Source: Trueperaceae bacterium
GTDB lineage: Bacteria > Deinococcota > Deinococci > Deinococcales > Trueperaceae
NCBI GenBank assembly: GCA_040905465.1
Contig: JBBDRK010000080.1
Span: 36,767-69,915, forward strand
Length of the DNA: 33,149 nucleotides
Direction: 5' to 3'
Shown here: positions 18,651 to 26,628 of the stretch, one piece after another
How the letters are laid out: every line of letters begins with the position of its first letter
How positions within the stretch are numbered: position 1 is the first letter of the stretch
Position numbers and translations under genes: made by a program
The notes under the pieces: model-generated
The model's input: only the letters and a program-made list of their open reading frames with translations
The model's database searches: none
Told to the model about the DNA's origin: nothing

Positions 18651-20611
18651 TGGCCGAGGTGGACGCGGCAAACGTACCGCTGACAGACATGAGCGACCGC
18701 CGCTACTCGGTCGAGCAGGCGAAGGCGGAACATCGCGCGAACCGGGGCAGACGGCGCAAGGCCCTGCGCCGCGAAGGCGACTACGACGAGGACGGCCAGG
18801 CCTTCAAGAAAGCCTTCGACGCTCAGATCATGCGGCGGCTGCTGCGATACCTCGAGCCGTACCGCTGGCAGCTGGTGAGCGGCGTCGCGCTGCTGCTGGT
18901 CTATAGCGCGATCGTGCCGGCGTTCCCGACGCTGATCGCCATGGCTGTCGACAACTACATAGTGGCCAACCGGCCGCCGTTCGACGGCTGGAGCATCGAC
19001 CAGCGCCTGCAGGGCCTCACCACACTGGTCCTGATCTATCTGGGCTTGCGAGTGCTTAACTTCGGGCTTCGCTACGGCTACACCTACCTGGTTTCCTGGC
19101 TCGGTCAGCACGTGATCTACGACATCCGCAAGGAGATCTTCACGAAAGTACAGCATCTGCACCTGGGGTTCTTCGACCGCACGCCGGTGGGTCGTCTCAT
19201 CACCCGCATCACCAGCGATGTCGACGCGATCCAGCAGATGATGACCAACGGAGTGGTCGGCCTGATCGCCGACATCGGCCTGATCGTCGGACTGATGGTC
19301 TACATGTTCACCATCAACTGGCAACTGGCGCTCATCACCCTGGCGGTAATGCCGATCCTGTTCGTCTCCCTGAACTTCCTGCGGGCCCGGATACGCGACG
19401 CCTACCGCACGGTTCGCATTCGCATAAGCCGCTCCAACGCATTCCTGGCCGAGAATCTCGAGGGCATGAAGACGGTGCAGCTCTTCAACCGCGAGGGACG
19501 CAACCAGCAGGCGTTCGACAAGATCAACCTCGGGCTGCTGGACGCGCACGTGGAACAGATCCGCTGGTTCAGCCTGTTCTTCCCCACCGTGCAGGTGATC
19601 GGCGGCCTCTCCACCGCACTGATCCTCTACTACACCGCCTGGCAGGTCCTCGGGCCCGGCGTCGGCGAGGTCGTGACGATCGGGGTGTTCATCGCTTTCA
19701 ACCAGTACAGCACCATGTTCTTCCGTCCGCTCCAGGATCTCTCCGACAAGTACAACATCATGCAAGCCGCCATGGCCTCGAGCGAGCGGATCTTCGGCCT
19801 GCTCGACACCCCCGAGGCGATTACCGACAAGGCCGATTCGCTGCGCTTCGACGCCGGGTTCAGGGGCGAAGTCGAGTTCGAGAACGTCTGGTTCGCCTAT
19901 CAGAACGACGAGTGGGTGCTTCGCGACCTGTCTTACCGAATCGCCCACGGCGAGTCGGTAGCTTTCGTCGGTCACACCGGTGCCGGCAAGACGACCATCA
20001 TCAGCCTGGTATCGAGGTTCTACGACGTGCAACGCGGCGCCGTGAAGATCGACGGCAAGGACGTTCGTGACTACGACCAGGTCGAACTGCGCCGACACGT
20101 GGGAATCGTCCTGCAGGATCCGTTCCTGTTCACCGGCACCGTTCGCAGCAACATCACGCTGGGCGACGACACGATCCCATTTGAACAGGTGATCGAGGCG
20201 GCGAAGTTCGTGAACGCCCACTCGTTCATCGAACGCCTGCCGCGCAGCTACGACACCGTGGTGCGCGAGCGAGGCGCCGGATTCTCAACCGGCCAGAAGC
20301 AACTGATCGCGTTCGCGCGGGCGCTCGTGCAGAACCCCGACATCCTGCTGGTGCTCGATGAAGCCACCGCCAACATCGACACCGAGACCGAGGAACTGAT
20401 CCAGGACGCCTTGGCCAAGTTGATGCAGGGGCGCACCAGCATCATCATCGCTCACCGGCTGTCGACGATCCAGGATGTCGACCGGATCATGGTGATGCGC
20501 AAAGGGAAGCTCATCGAGCAGGGCGATCACTTCGAGTTGCTGGAACAGGCCGGCTACTATCGGCGGCTCTACGAGCTCCAGTACCAGGGCCAGCAGTTGG
20601 ATGAGGCCTGA
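18650..20611 (+). CDS. Heterodimeric ABC exporter subunit 2 (TmrA-like)
   Basis: TMD + NBD; GHTGAGKT, non-canonical FSTGQ signature, LVLDEATANID, IAHR; 1-nt TGATG overlap with the partner gene. Confidence 0.93.
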   Translation: MAEVDAANVPLTDMSDRRYSVEQAKAEHRANRGRRRKALRREGDYDEDGQAFKKAFDAQIMRRLLRYLEPYRWQLVSGVALLLVYSAIVPAFPTLIAMAVDNYIVANRPPFDGWSIDQRLQGLTTLVLIYLGLRVLNFGLRYGYTYLVSWLGQHVIYDIRKEIFTKVQHLHLGFFDRTPVGRLITRITSDVDAIQQMMTNGVVGLIADIGLIVGLMVYMFTINWQLALITLAVMPILFVSLNFLRARIRDAYRTVRIRISRSNAFLAENLEGMKTVQLFNREGRNQQAFDKINLGLLDAHVEQIRWFSLFFPTVQVIGGLSTALILYYTAWQVLGPGVGEVVTIGVFIAFNQYSTMFFRPLQDLSDKYNIMQAAMASSERIFGLLDTPEAITDKADSLRFDAGFRGEVEFENVWFAYQNDEWVLRDLSYRIAHGESVAFVGHTGAGKTTIISLVSRFYDVQRGAVKIDGKDVRDYDQVELRRHVGIVLQDPFLFTGTVRSNITLGDDTIPFEQVIEAAKFVNAHSFIERLPRSYDTVVRERGAGFSTGQKQLIAFARALVQNPDILLVLDEATANIDTETEELIQDALAKLMQGRTSIIIAHRLSTIQDVDRIMVMRKGKLIEQGDHFELLEQAGYYRRLYELQYQGQQLDEA

Positions 20612-20698
20612 CCTGGACGTAGCCTGAGGCGGGCGCTGCCGCCCGCCGGCGATTTCCGGTGTGTCATGGTGAGCTCACCCGCCGGGGTTCGCGCACCC

Positions 20699-21178
20699 TC
20701 AGTCGACGACCACGCGGTAGAAGAAGGCCTCTTCCTGACCCGGCTCCATCGGCACCAGCAGCGTCCAGCGCACCGAGTCGTAGCTTTCCGGCTCGGCCAC
20801 GCTGCGGTCGGGTTCCTCGCCCACCAGGACCGGCTCTTCCGAGAAGTTCCGGCCGTCGTCGGCGGAGAACTCGGTGAGCAGTCGCTCGGAAGAAGCGGTG
20901 GCCGAGTTGGGCACGAACGTAGTCTGGGGCGGAATCGGACCGACGATCTCCACGGTGCCGCTCGGAAGCGTTTCGTCACTGATGTTGACGGCGGTGAGGC
21001 GATACTCTACCGTCTGTCCCGGGCGGGCGGTGGTTGCCGGGCGAAACTGCTCGGTACCCTGAACCTCGCTGACCAGGAAGATCTCCAGTCGAACCTCTAC
21101 GGGCGTATCGGCCGCGTCCTGGGCGAAGGCGTACCCGAGTCCCAGCGACAGCAGCACGGCGATAGCAAGACGTTTCAT
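20699..21178 (-). CDS. Secreted DUF11-like (Ig-like conserved repeat domain) protein
   Basis: Signal peptide ending AFA-Q; ARPGQTVEYRLTAVN...GPIPPQTTFVPNSA...VRW pattern. Confidence 0.75.
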   Translation of the reverse strand: MKRLAIAVLLSLGLGYAFAQDAADTPVEVRLEIFLVSEVQGTEQFRPATTARPGQTVEYRLTAVNISDETLPSGTVEIVGPIPPQTTFVPNSATASSERLLTEFSADDGRNFSEEPVLVGEEPDRSVAEPESYDSVRWTLLVPMEPGQEEAFFYRVVVD

Positions 21179-21263
21179 CGGCTCAACATACCAGGGACGA
21201 ATGACAATCTGTTGAGTCCTGCCTAAAGCTGGAATTAACTGTCTGCCGGGCGTTCGGCTCGAC

Positions 21264-21291
21264 TTGCCTCGCCTCGACCGTCTGTTATACT
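21264..21291 (+). promoter_or_regulatory. Sigma70 promoter for tRNA-Ala
   Basis: TTGCCT (21264-69), 16 nt, TATACT (21286-91) with extended -10 TG. Confidence 0.65.
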
Positions 21292-21344
21292 AGGCACGCT
21301 TTGCTGGCAGCGGCTGACGAGCCAGCGAGCGAATCAGAGACCAC

Positions 21345-21420
21345 GGGGCCGTGGCGCAGTTGGGAGCGCGCTTGAATCGCACTCAAGAGGTCAGGGGTTC
21401 GAATCCCCTCGGCTCCACCA
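21345..21420 (+). tRNA. tRNA-Ala (anticodon CGC)
   Basis: 76-nt cloverleaf GGGGCCG...CGGCTCCACCA with the G3-U70 alanine identity pair, anticodon arm CTTGA-ATCGCAC-TCAAG, GGTTCGAATCC T-arm, encoded CCA. Confidence 0.97.
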
Positions 21421-21432
21421 AGTCGGAAAAGC

Positions 21433-21472
21433 AAGAACGCGAGACTGAGGCTGTCAGACTCGCGTTCTTTGT
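21433..21472 (+). terminator. Intrinsic terminator-like hairpin after tRNA-Ala
   Basis: aagaacgcgag...ctcgcgttctt followed by tgt. Confidence 0.7.
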
Positions 21473-21500
21473 CGTGACGTGCGGGTGAGTCCTGTTCAGA

Positions 21501-22844
21501 ATGGCTAGAGTGAAGCCGAGGCGGCGCCGAATCAGTCCCACACAAGCCATCATCATGGGCTTTGCCGCAGCCATCTCGGTCGGCACCGTCCTCCTGGCGC
21601 TGCCTATCTCGCACTCCCAGCCGGTGACCTTTCTGGACGCGTTCTTTACAGCGACCAGCGCTGTCTGCGTTACCGGTCTGGTCGTGGTTGACACCGGAGG
21701 GGCATTTAGTCGCTTCGGGGAGACGGTTATCATGCTCCTGATAAAGAGTGGTGGACTCGGAATTCTGAGTCTTGGGGCACTCCTGGCCCTGGTGACCGGC
21801 AGGCGGTTGGGGTTCCGGCAGCGAATGGAACTCCAGGCGCAAACGAGCCGTCTCGGCGTTGGCGGAATCGTGCGATTCATGCGCAACCTCCTGTTGTTCA
21901 CTACAACCATCGAGCTCGTCGGCGCTCTGGTCCTCTTCGTGCGCTTCGGAGCCGAGCTGCCTGCGGGCGAGGCCCTGTTCCACTCCCTCTTCCACAGCGT
22001 GAGCGCCTTCAACAACGCGGGATTCTCCCTGTACCAGGACAGCCTTGCACGGTACGCGGCCGATCCGCTGGTGAGCCTGACCGTTGCGGCCCTATTCATC
22101 TTGGGAGGGTTGGGAGTGGTGGTGGCGTTCGAGCTCGTCGACAGGTATCGCGACGACACGCGCAGGCCTTTCACGCTGCACTCTCGAGTCGCGTTGTCGA
22201 TGATGCTCATCCTGATCTTCGTGGCTTTCGTGTTCATGCTCGTCGCCGAATGGTCGAACCCCGACACTCTCGGACCGCTGCCGGTCGCCCAGAAAGTGCT
22301 CGCCGGCTTCTTTCAGGCCGTCACGCCACGGACCGCTGGCTTCAATAGCCTGGATTTCGCCGGAATGCATACAGGCACCCTGGTCTTCGTCATGCTGCTG
22401 ATGTTCATCGGGGGGAATCCCGGTTCCACGGCTGGCGGCGTGAAGACCACAACTGCCGCCGTGCTCCTCACGGCGATGTGGTCGGTTGCGCGTGGGCACG
22501 GCCGGCCGGTGCTGTTCAAGCGTCACATCGATGCCGTCCTGGTCACCAAGGCGGCGGTACTGAGCACACTCGGCGTGCTGATCCTGGGCGGCGCGCTCAC
22601 ATTCCTCAGCTTTACCGAGCCGCGCCTGGACATGCTGCCGCTGCTGTTCGAAACAGTTAGCGCGTTCGGCACGGTTGGCCTCTCGCTCGGCGCCACCTCG
22701 GAACTCAGCACCCTCGGCAGGCTTATCATCATCACGTTGATGTTCCTGGGCAGAGTCGGACTGGTGACTTTCGCCTTGGCGGTGGCCGAGCGCCGCGCGC
22801 AAGCGGCCGTTCGCTACCCAGGCGAAGAGCTGGTCGTCGGGTAA
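21501..22844 (+). CDS. ktrB: Ktr/Trk K+ uptake membrane subunit (KtrB/TrkH family)
   Basis: Four pore loops with filter glycines: SAVCVTGL, SAFNNAGF, TPRTAGF, SAFGTVGL; MFIGGNPGSTAGGVKTTT; MFLGRVG. Confidence 0.92.
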   Translation: MARVKPRRRRISPTQAIIMGFAAAISVGTVLLALPISHSQPVTFLDAFFTATSAVCVTGLVVVDTGGAFSRFGETVIMLLIKSGGLGILSLGALLALVTGRRLGFRQRMELQAQTSRLGVGGIVRFMRNLLLFTTTIELVGALVLFVRFGAELPAGEALFHSLFHSVSAFNNAGFSLYQDSLARYAADPLVSLTVAALFILGGLGVVVAFELVDRYRDDTRRPFTLHSRVALSMMLILIFVAFVFMLVAEWSNPDTLGPLPVAQKVLAGFFQAVTPRTAGFNSLDFAGMHTGTLVFVMLLMFIGGNPGSTAGGVKTTTAAVLLTAMWSVARGHGRPVLFKRHIDAVLVTKAAVLSTLGVLILGGALTFLSFTEPRLDMLPLLFETVSAFGTVGLSLGATSELSTLGRLIIITLMFLGRVGLVTFALAVAERRAQAAVRYPGEELVVG

Positions 22845-22853
22845 GGAGAAGAT

Positions 22854-23513
22854 GTGCGCTCGAAGCAATTTCTGGTAATCGGCGTCGGTCGTTTCGGCGG
22901 TGCTCTCGCCAGATCCCTCTACCGCCAGGGCCATGAGGTAGTGGTAATCGACCAGAATGATGAAAAGGTCGAGCGGATCATGGACGAAGTAACTCATGCT
23001 CTCATCGCGGACTCGACGGATGAAGACGTACTGCGGGAAATCGGAGTCGGCAACTTCGACACTGTCGTCGTCTCGATCGGCGCAGACTTCGAAGCCAGCA
23101 TCATGACGACCGTAGCGTCCAAGAATCTCGGAGCTAGGCACCTGGTAGCGAAGGCGACGAGTGAGACTGCCGCTGCCGTGCTCAGGAGGATCGGCGCTGA
23201 TCTGGTCGTGCGCCCGGAGCACGACATGGGGCTGCGTCTGGCCCAGCAGCTCACGACCCCCGAGCTCGTGGACGCATTCAACCTCGGTGAGGACCACTCG
23301 GTTATCGAGGTAGAGGCGAACGGCCGGCTGACCGGAAGCCTTTCGGAGCTTCGTCTTCCCAACCGGTTCTCCGTGCAGGTCATTGCCGTGAACCGTGACG
23401 GCAATGTGGTGGTGAGCCCGAGTGCAGACTTCGAGATAGTTCGTGGTGACAACCTGGTGCTGATAGGCAACAACGAGGCGATGGAACGCTTCCGCAGTTT
23501 CCTCAGTGAATGA
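22854..23513 (+). CDS. ktrA: Ktr/Trk K+ uptake RCK regulatory subunit (KtrA/TrkA family)
   Basis: VIGVGRFG nucleotide-binding motif, GADLVVRPE, C-terminal TrkA-C domain; AAGGAG RBS, GTG start. Confidence 0.92.
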   Translation: MRSKQFLVIGVGRFGGALARSLYRQGHEVVVIDQNDEKVERIMDEVTHALIADSTDEDVLREIGVGNFDTVVVSIGADFEASIMTTVASKNLGARHLVAKATSETAAAVLRRIGADLVVRPEHDMGLRLAQQLTTPELVDAFNLGEDHSVIEVEANGRLTGSLSELRLPNRFSVQVIAVNRDGNVVVSPSADFEIVRGDNLVLIGNNEAMERFRSFLSE

Positions 23514-23687
23514 TCCCCATCCCCTTTCGGTGTCAACGACGCGACTGAGCGACCCATAGCACAGACGCTGCGCCAAGTCAGCCCGGCCCATTCACGCATT
23601 TCTCGTCTTGAGACCACCAGCCGTACGCCACCGGCATGTATTCCGGGGGCCTACCCGGCACATGTAGGGCAGCGAGACTGTGAATCA

Positions 23688-24005
23688 GTGATGCACCGCT
23701 ACCGTGCTCCCGCCCGGCGCCGTCTCTTGCCCGTTGTCGCATCGGCGCTGCTCCTCGCGTCCGGACTGTTCGCAGCTCCGTATGTGGCGGGCCTGTATGA
23801 CTTCGGACACCAGCATGGCGACCACGAGCCGGAGCATGTCCACGAAATCGACGTCACCCTGCGAACTCCGATACTGACTGACCGCGTGAGCCTGGCGCTC
23901 CTCGCTCCGGATGCCGGATACGCTCCCACTTCGCCGGCCGACGACGCCCGCGACACTAGGTCGGCAACCGGCGCCAACCCGATCCGCGGGCCACCGGATC
24001 GTTGA
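23688..24005 (+). CDS. Small exported His-rich protein ending in RGPP; putative regulatory arrest (leader) peptide
   Basis: RRR + hydrophobic signal segment, HQHGDHEPEHVH (23808-23843), Pro/Ala-rich spacer, C-terminal PIRGPPDR-stop; start GTG 23688 or ATG 23691. Confidence 0.72.
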   Translation: MMHRYRAPARRRLLPVVASALLLASGLFAAPYVAGLYDFGHQHGDHEPEHVHEIDVTLRTPILTDRVSLALLAPDAGYAPTSPADDARDTRSATGANPIRGPPDR

Positions 24006-24097
24006 ATCGCTCAGAGACGAATGGGCAGCCCTTTCAACTTCTGGACGATCCCCAGTCGCCGGCCCTACAGCCGGGCTGGGAGTTAGCGAGACGACAG

Positions 24098-24901
24098 ATG
24101 AATAGAACCTTGTTTTCACCGTCACCGACTTCGGCACGCTTGCCGGCACTCTTGCCGGCACTGCTGCCGGCACTGTTTCTGGGCGGACTTCTGCTCGGCG
24201 GAGCGGCTCATGCCCAGGACGCCGGGGACCGGGTCGAGGCGCTCGAGCAGGAGGTGGCCGACCTTCGTTCCCAACTGGCATCCGTGGGGGTACTGATCGC
24301 CAACCGCTACCTGGTCGCAGCCGACTTTCATGCAATGGACGAAGCCTTGCATCAGGGCGAGATAAATCCACGCTACCTCACGACGGTGCGCGAAACGGCG
24401 GCTGTGGTGAGCGCGCTGCACTGGCCCACCGAACTGCAGGCCATTACCGAAGGCTTCCTGGCAGCCGCCAACGACCTGGCGGGCGCGCTGGAGGCCGAGG
24501 ATGCAACCGCAGCGGCAGAGGCAGCCGCGGTGGTCCACGACCGGCAGCACGAACTGAGCCACAACATCATCACGTCCCTGGCGAACGGGCACGCCGGCGG
24601 AGGGACCGAGATTCCGGAGGGCGCTACCAGGGTGGTCCTCGAGCTCAGCGAGCGTGGCGGCGCCACCGGTGGCGCGGCAACACACGTCGTGAGGCGAGGC
24701 GAAACTGTTGCGATTACCGTCGGTACGGCCGCCACGGGCGAACTCCACCTTCACGGCTACGACCTGGAATGGGATCTCGAAGCCGGCGCAGAGGTCACGA
24801 GCGTATTCGAGGCGACCTCCACCGGCCGCTACCCGCTGGAGTTTCATCCCGAGGGCGGCGGTTCGGGCATAGCGGTCGGCTACCTGGAAGTCCGTCCCTA
24901 G
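24098..24901 (+). CDS. Exported putative metal-binding protein: coiled coil + His-rich helical domain + C-terminal cupredoxin-like domain
   Basis: Signal peptide ending AHA-Q; FHAMDEALH and VHDRQHELSH; VRRGETVAITV...ELHLHGYD...GRYPLEFH. ATG 24098 preferred over TTG 24002. Confidence 0.78.
   Translation: MNRTLFSPSPTSARLPALLPALLPALFLGGLLLGGAAHAQDAGDRVEALEQEVADLRSQLASVGVLIANRYLVAADFHAMDEALHQGEINPRYLTTVRETAAVVSALHWPTELQAITEGFLAAANDLAGALEAEDATAAAEAAAVVHDRQHELSHNIITSLANGHAGGGTEIPEGATRVVLELSERGGATGGAATHVVRRGETVAITVGTAATGELHLHGYDLEWDLEAGAEVTSVFEATSTGRYPLEFHPEGGGSGIAVGYLEVRP
24140..24175 (+). repeat. 12-bp in-frame tandem repeat x3 (LPAL) in the signal peptide
   Basis: ttgccggcactc ttgccggcactg ctgccggcactg. 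Confidence 0.85.
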
Positions 24902-26512
24902 GTGGCGCAACGGAATCTCTCCTCGAGGCGGCCATGGAGCCCCTGTCGCCTTGCCATATTCTCCGCCGCCTCATTATGGGCGTTGCTGGTGGCGACGGCG
25001 AACGCCCACGGCTTCGGCCAGCGCTACGATCTGCCGGTGCCCTTGTCGCTTTACCTGATAGGCGCCGGCGCGGCCGTGGTTCTGTCGTTCGTGGTTGCCG
25101 CCGTCTTCCTGCGGACGGGGTCGGCCGAGGGGAGCTACCCACGACTTAACCTGCTGCGCTGGCGCGCCGGTCGCGCACTTTTCAGCCGGCAGGTCGGTAT
25201 CACGCTGGAACTGCTGTCCGTGAGCGTGTTCCTGCTGGTACTGGTGGCGGGACTCATCGGCACGACCAACCAGGTCCGCAACATCGCTCCCGTCCTGGTC
25301 TGGGTGATCTGGTGGGTGGGAATCGCCTACTTCAGTGCACTGGCAGGGAACATCTGGCACCTTACGAACCCCTGGCGGATCCTCTTCTCCTGGGCCGAAG
25401 CGCTGGCCCGGCGCTTCGATCCGGAGGCCAGCCTGTCCATGGATCTCCCCTATCCACGCCGCCTCGGAGTTTGGCCCGGGGTAATCCTCTTCTTCGCCTT
25501 CGCCTGGTTGGAGATCGCTTTTCACGATCCTGCCCGGCCCTCGAACATCGCGACGATGGCCCTCGTGTATTCGGTGATCACCTGGTCCGGAATGATCGTC
25601 TTCGGCAAGGACCGTTGGCTGTACCGGGGAGAGGTCTTCACGCTGGTGTTCGGACTGCTGGCGCGGTTCGCGCCCACCGAAGCGCGCACTATCGGCGACG
25701 CCTGTTCGGATTGCCCGAGTTGCGGGAGCACACCGGCAGACAGCGGCCTCGCCTCGAGCCGGCCCGCCGGCGCCGGTCCATCCGACTGCGTCAACTGCTA
25801 CAGCTGCTTCGAGAAGGCGCCTCCAGAGCGTCGTCAGATAAACCTGCGCCCCTTCGCGGTTGGACTCCAGCGGACGGACGCCGTCTCCTTGTCGATGATG
25901 GCGTTCGTCGTGCTGCTCCTGGCAACCGTCACCTTCGACGGCTTCACCGACACGCCTACCTGGGCTTCGATCGTCGTCGGGTACTACAGCACGTTCGGGC
26001 AGCTTACCGGCATCGCCACCCTCGGCCTGCTGGCATTTCCGCTGCTGTTCATGGCGCTCTACCTGGTCACCAGCGCAATGATGCCACTTGCCACCGGCCG
26101 TCGGCTGCCGCTGCTGGAAACGGCAAAGCCGTTCGTGCTGAGCCTGGTTCCGATCGCCTTGGCCTACCATCTGGCACACTATCTGACGTACCTGCTGACG
26201 CAGGGGCAACTGCTGGTGCCACTGATCTCGGATCCGTTCGGTTTCGGCTGGGACCTCTTCGGAACGGCGGACTACTCCATCGACCTGAACATTGTGGGAG
26301 CGAGGTTCGCCTGGTACACGGCGGTGACGGCCATCGTCGTTGGCCACATGGTGGCTGTATGGCTGGCGCACCTTACCGCCCTGCGCGTCTTCGGCAACGA
26401 GCGGGCTGCCCTGCGCAGCCAGTACCCGATGCTCGCACTGATGGTCGGCTATACCGCGATAAGCCTGTGGATCCTGGCGCAACCGATCGTGGAAGCTGGC
26501 ATTCCCGGCTGA
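24902..26512 (+). CDS. Polytopic membrane protein, putative metal permease/redox partner (family I recall being auto-annotated as fenitrothion hydrolase)
   Basis: Signal ANA-HGFGQRYDLPVP, about 10 or more TM segments, NPW motif, YHLAHY and GHMVAVWLAH, CxxCxxC..CxxCxxC insert; GTG directly abuts the upstream stop. Confidence 0.8.
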   Translation: MAQRNLSSRRPWSPCRLAIFSAASLWALLVATANAHGFGQRYDLPVPLSLYLIGAGAAVVLSFVVAAVFLRTGSAEGSYPRLNLLRWRAGRALFSRQVGITLELLSVSVFLLVLVAGLIGTTNQVRNIAPVLVWVIWWVGIAYFSALAGNIWHLTNPWRILFSWAEALARRFDPEASLSMDLPYPRRLGVWPGVILFFAFAWLEIAFHDPARPSNIATMALVYSVITWSGMIVFGKDRWLYRGEVFTLVFGLLARFAPTEARTIGDACSDCPSCGSTPADSGLASSRPAGAGPSDCVNCYSCFEKAPPERRQINLRPFAVGLQRTDAVSLSMMAFVVLLLATVTFDGFTDTPTWASIVVGYYSTFGQLTGIATLGLLAFPLLFMALYLVTSAMMPLATGRRLPLLETAKPFVLSLVPIALAYHLAHYLTYLLTQGQLLVPLISDPFGFGWDLFGTADYSIDLNIVGARFAWYTAVTAIVVGHMVAVWLAHLTALRVFGNERAALRSQYPMLALMVGYTAISLWILAQPIVEAGIPG

Positions 26513-26537
26513 AGACGGAAGTGCGAAGCTTGATTCG

Positions 26538-26566
26538 AGCGGCCCGTTTTGTCGAAACAGGCCGCT
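26538..26566. terminator. Hairpin between convergent genes, probable terminator
   Basis: agcggcccgttt-tgtcg-aaacaggccgct (one mismatch). Confidence 0.55.
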
Positions 26567-26628
26567 TCTGATGCGTTGGTGAACCGAATACGAGCCGAAC
26601 CCGGCCGCGGGCGCGACGGCGTCGCTGC

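Noticed and set aside
18335-20221. Long antisense ORFs (e.g. 628 aa here; also 22092-23591, 24974-26482, 13840-15096, 1071-2147)
   Set aside because: They lie opposite well-supported genes and lack motifs; expected from stop-codon scarcity in high-GC DNA.
21421-21500. c-di-AMP (ydaO) riboswitch upstream of ktrB (also looked upstream of the khtT-like gene)
   Set aside because: Space too short and no recognisable conserved motifs; an Infernal/Rfam scan would be decisive.
23514-23687. Metal-sensing riboswitch (NiCo or yybP) ahead of the RGPP leader
   Set aside because: Only short GC hairpins (e.g. ccggg-ggccta-cccgg) and no convincing consensus by eye; not excluded without an Rfam scan.
25703-25807. 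c-type haem motif or classical 2[4Fe-4S] ferredoxin domain
   Set aside because: No CxxCH, and only six Cys without the CxxxCP closing ligands.
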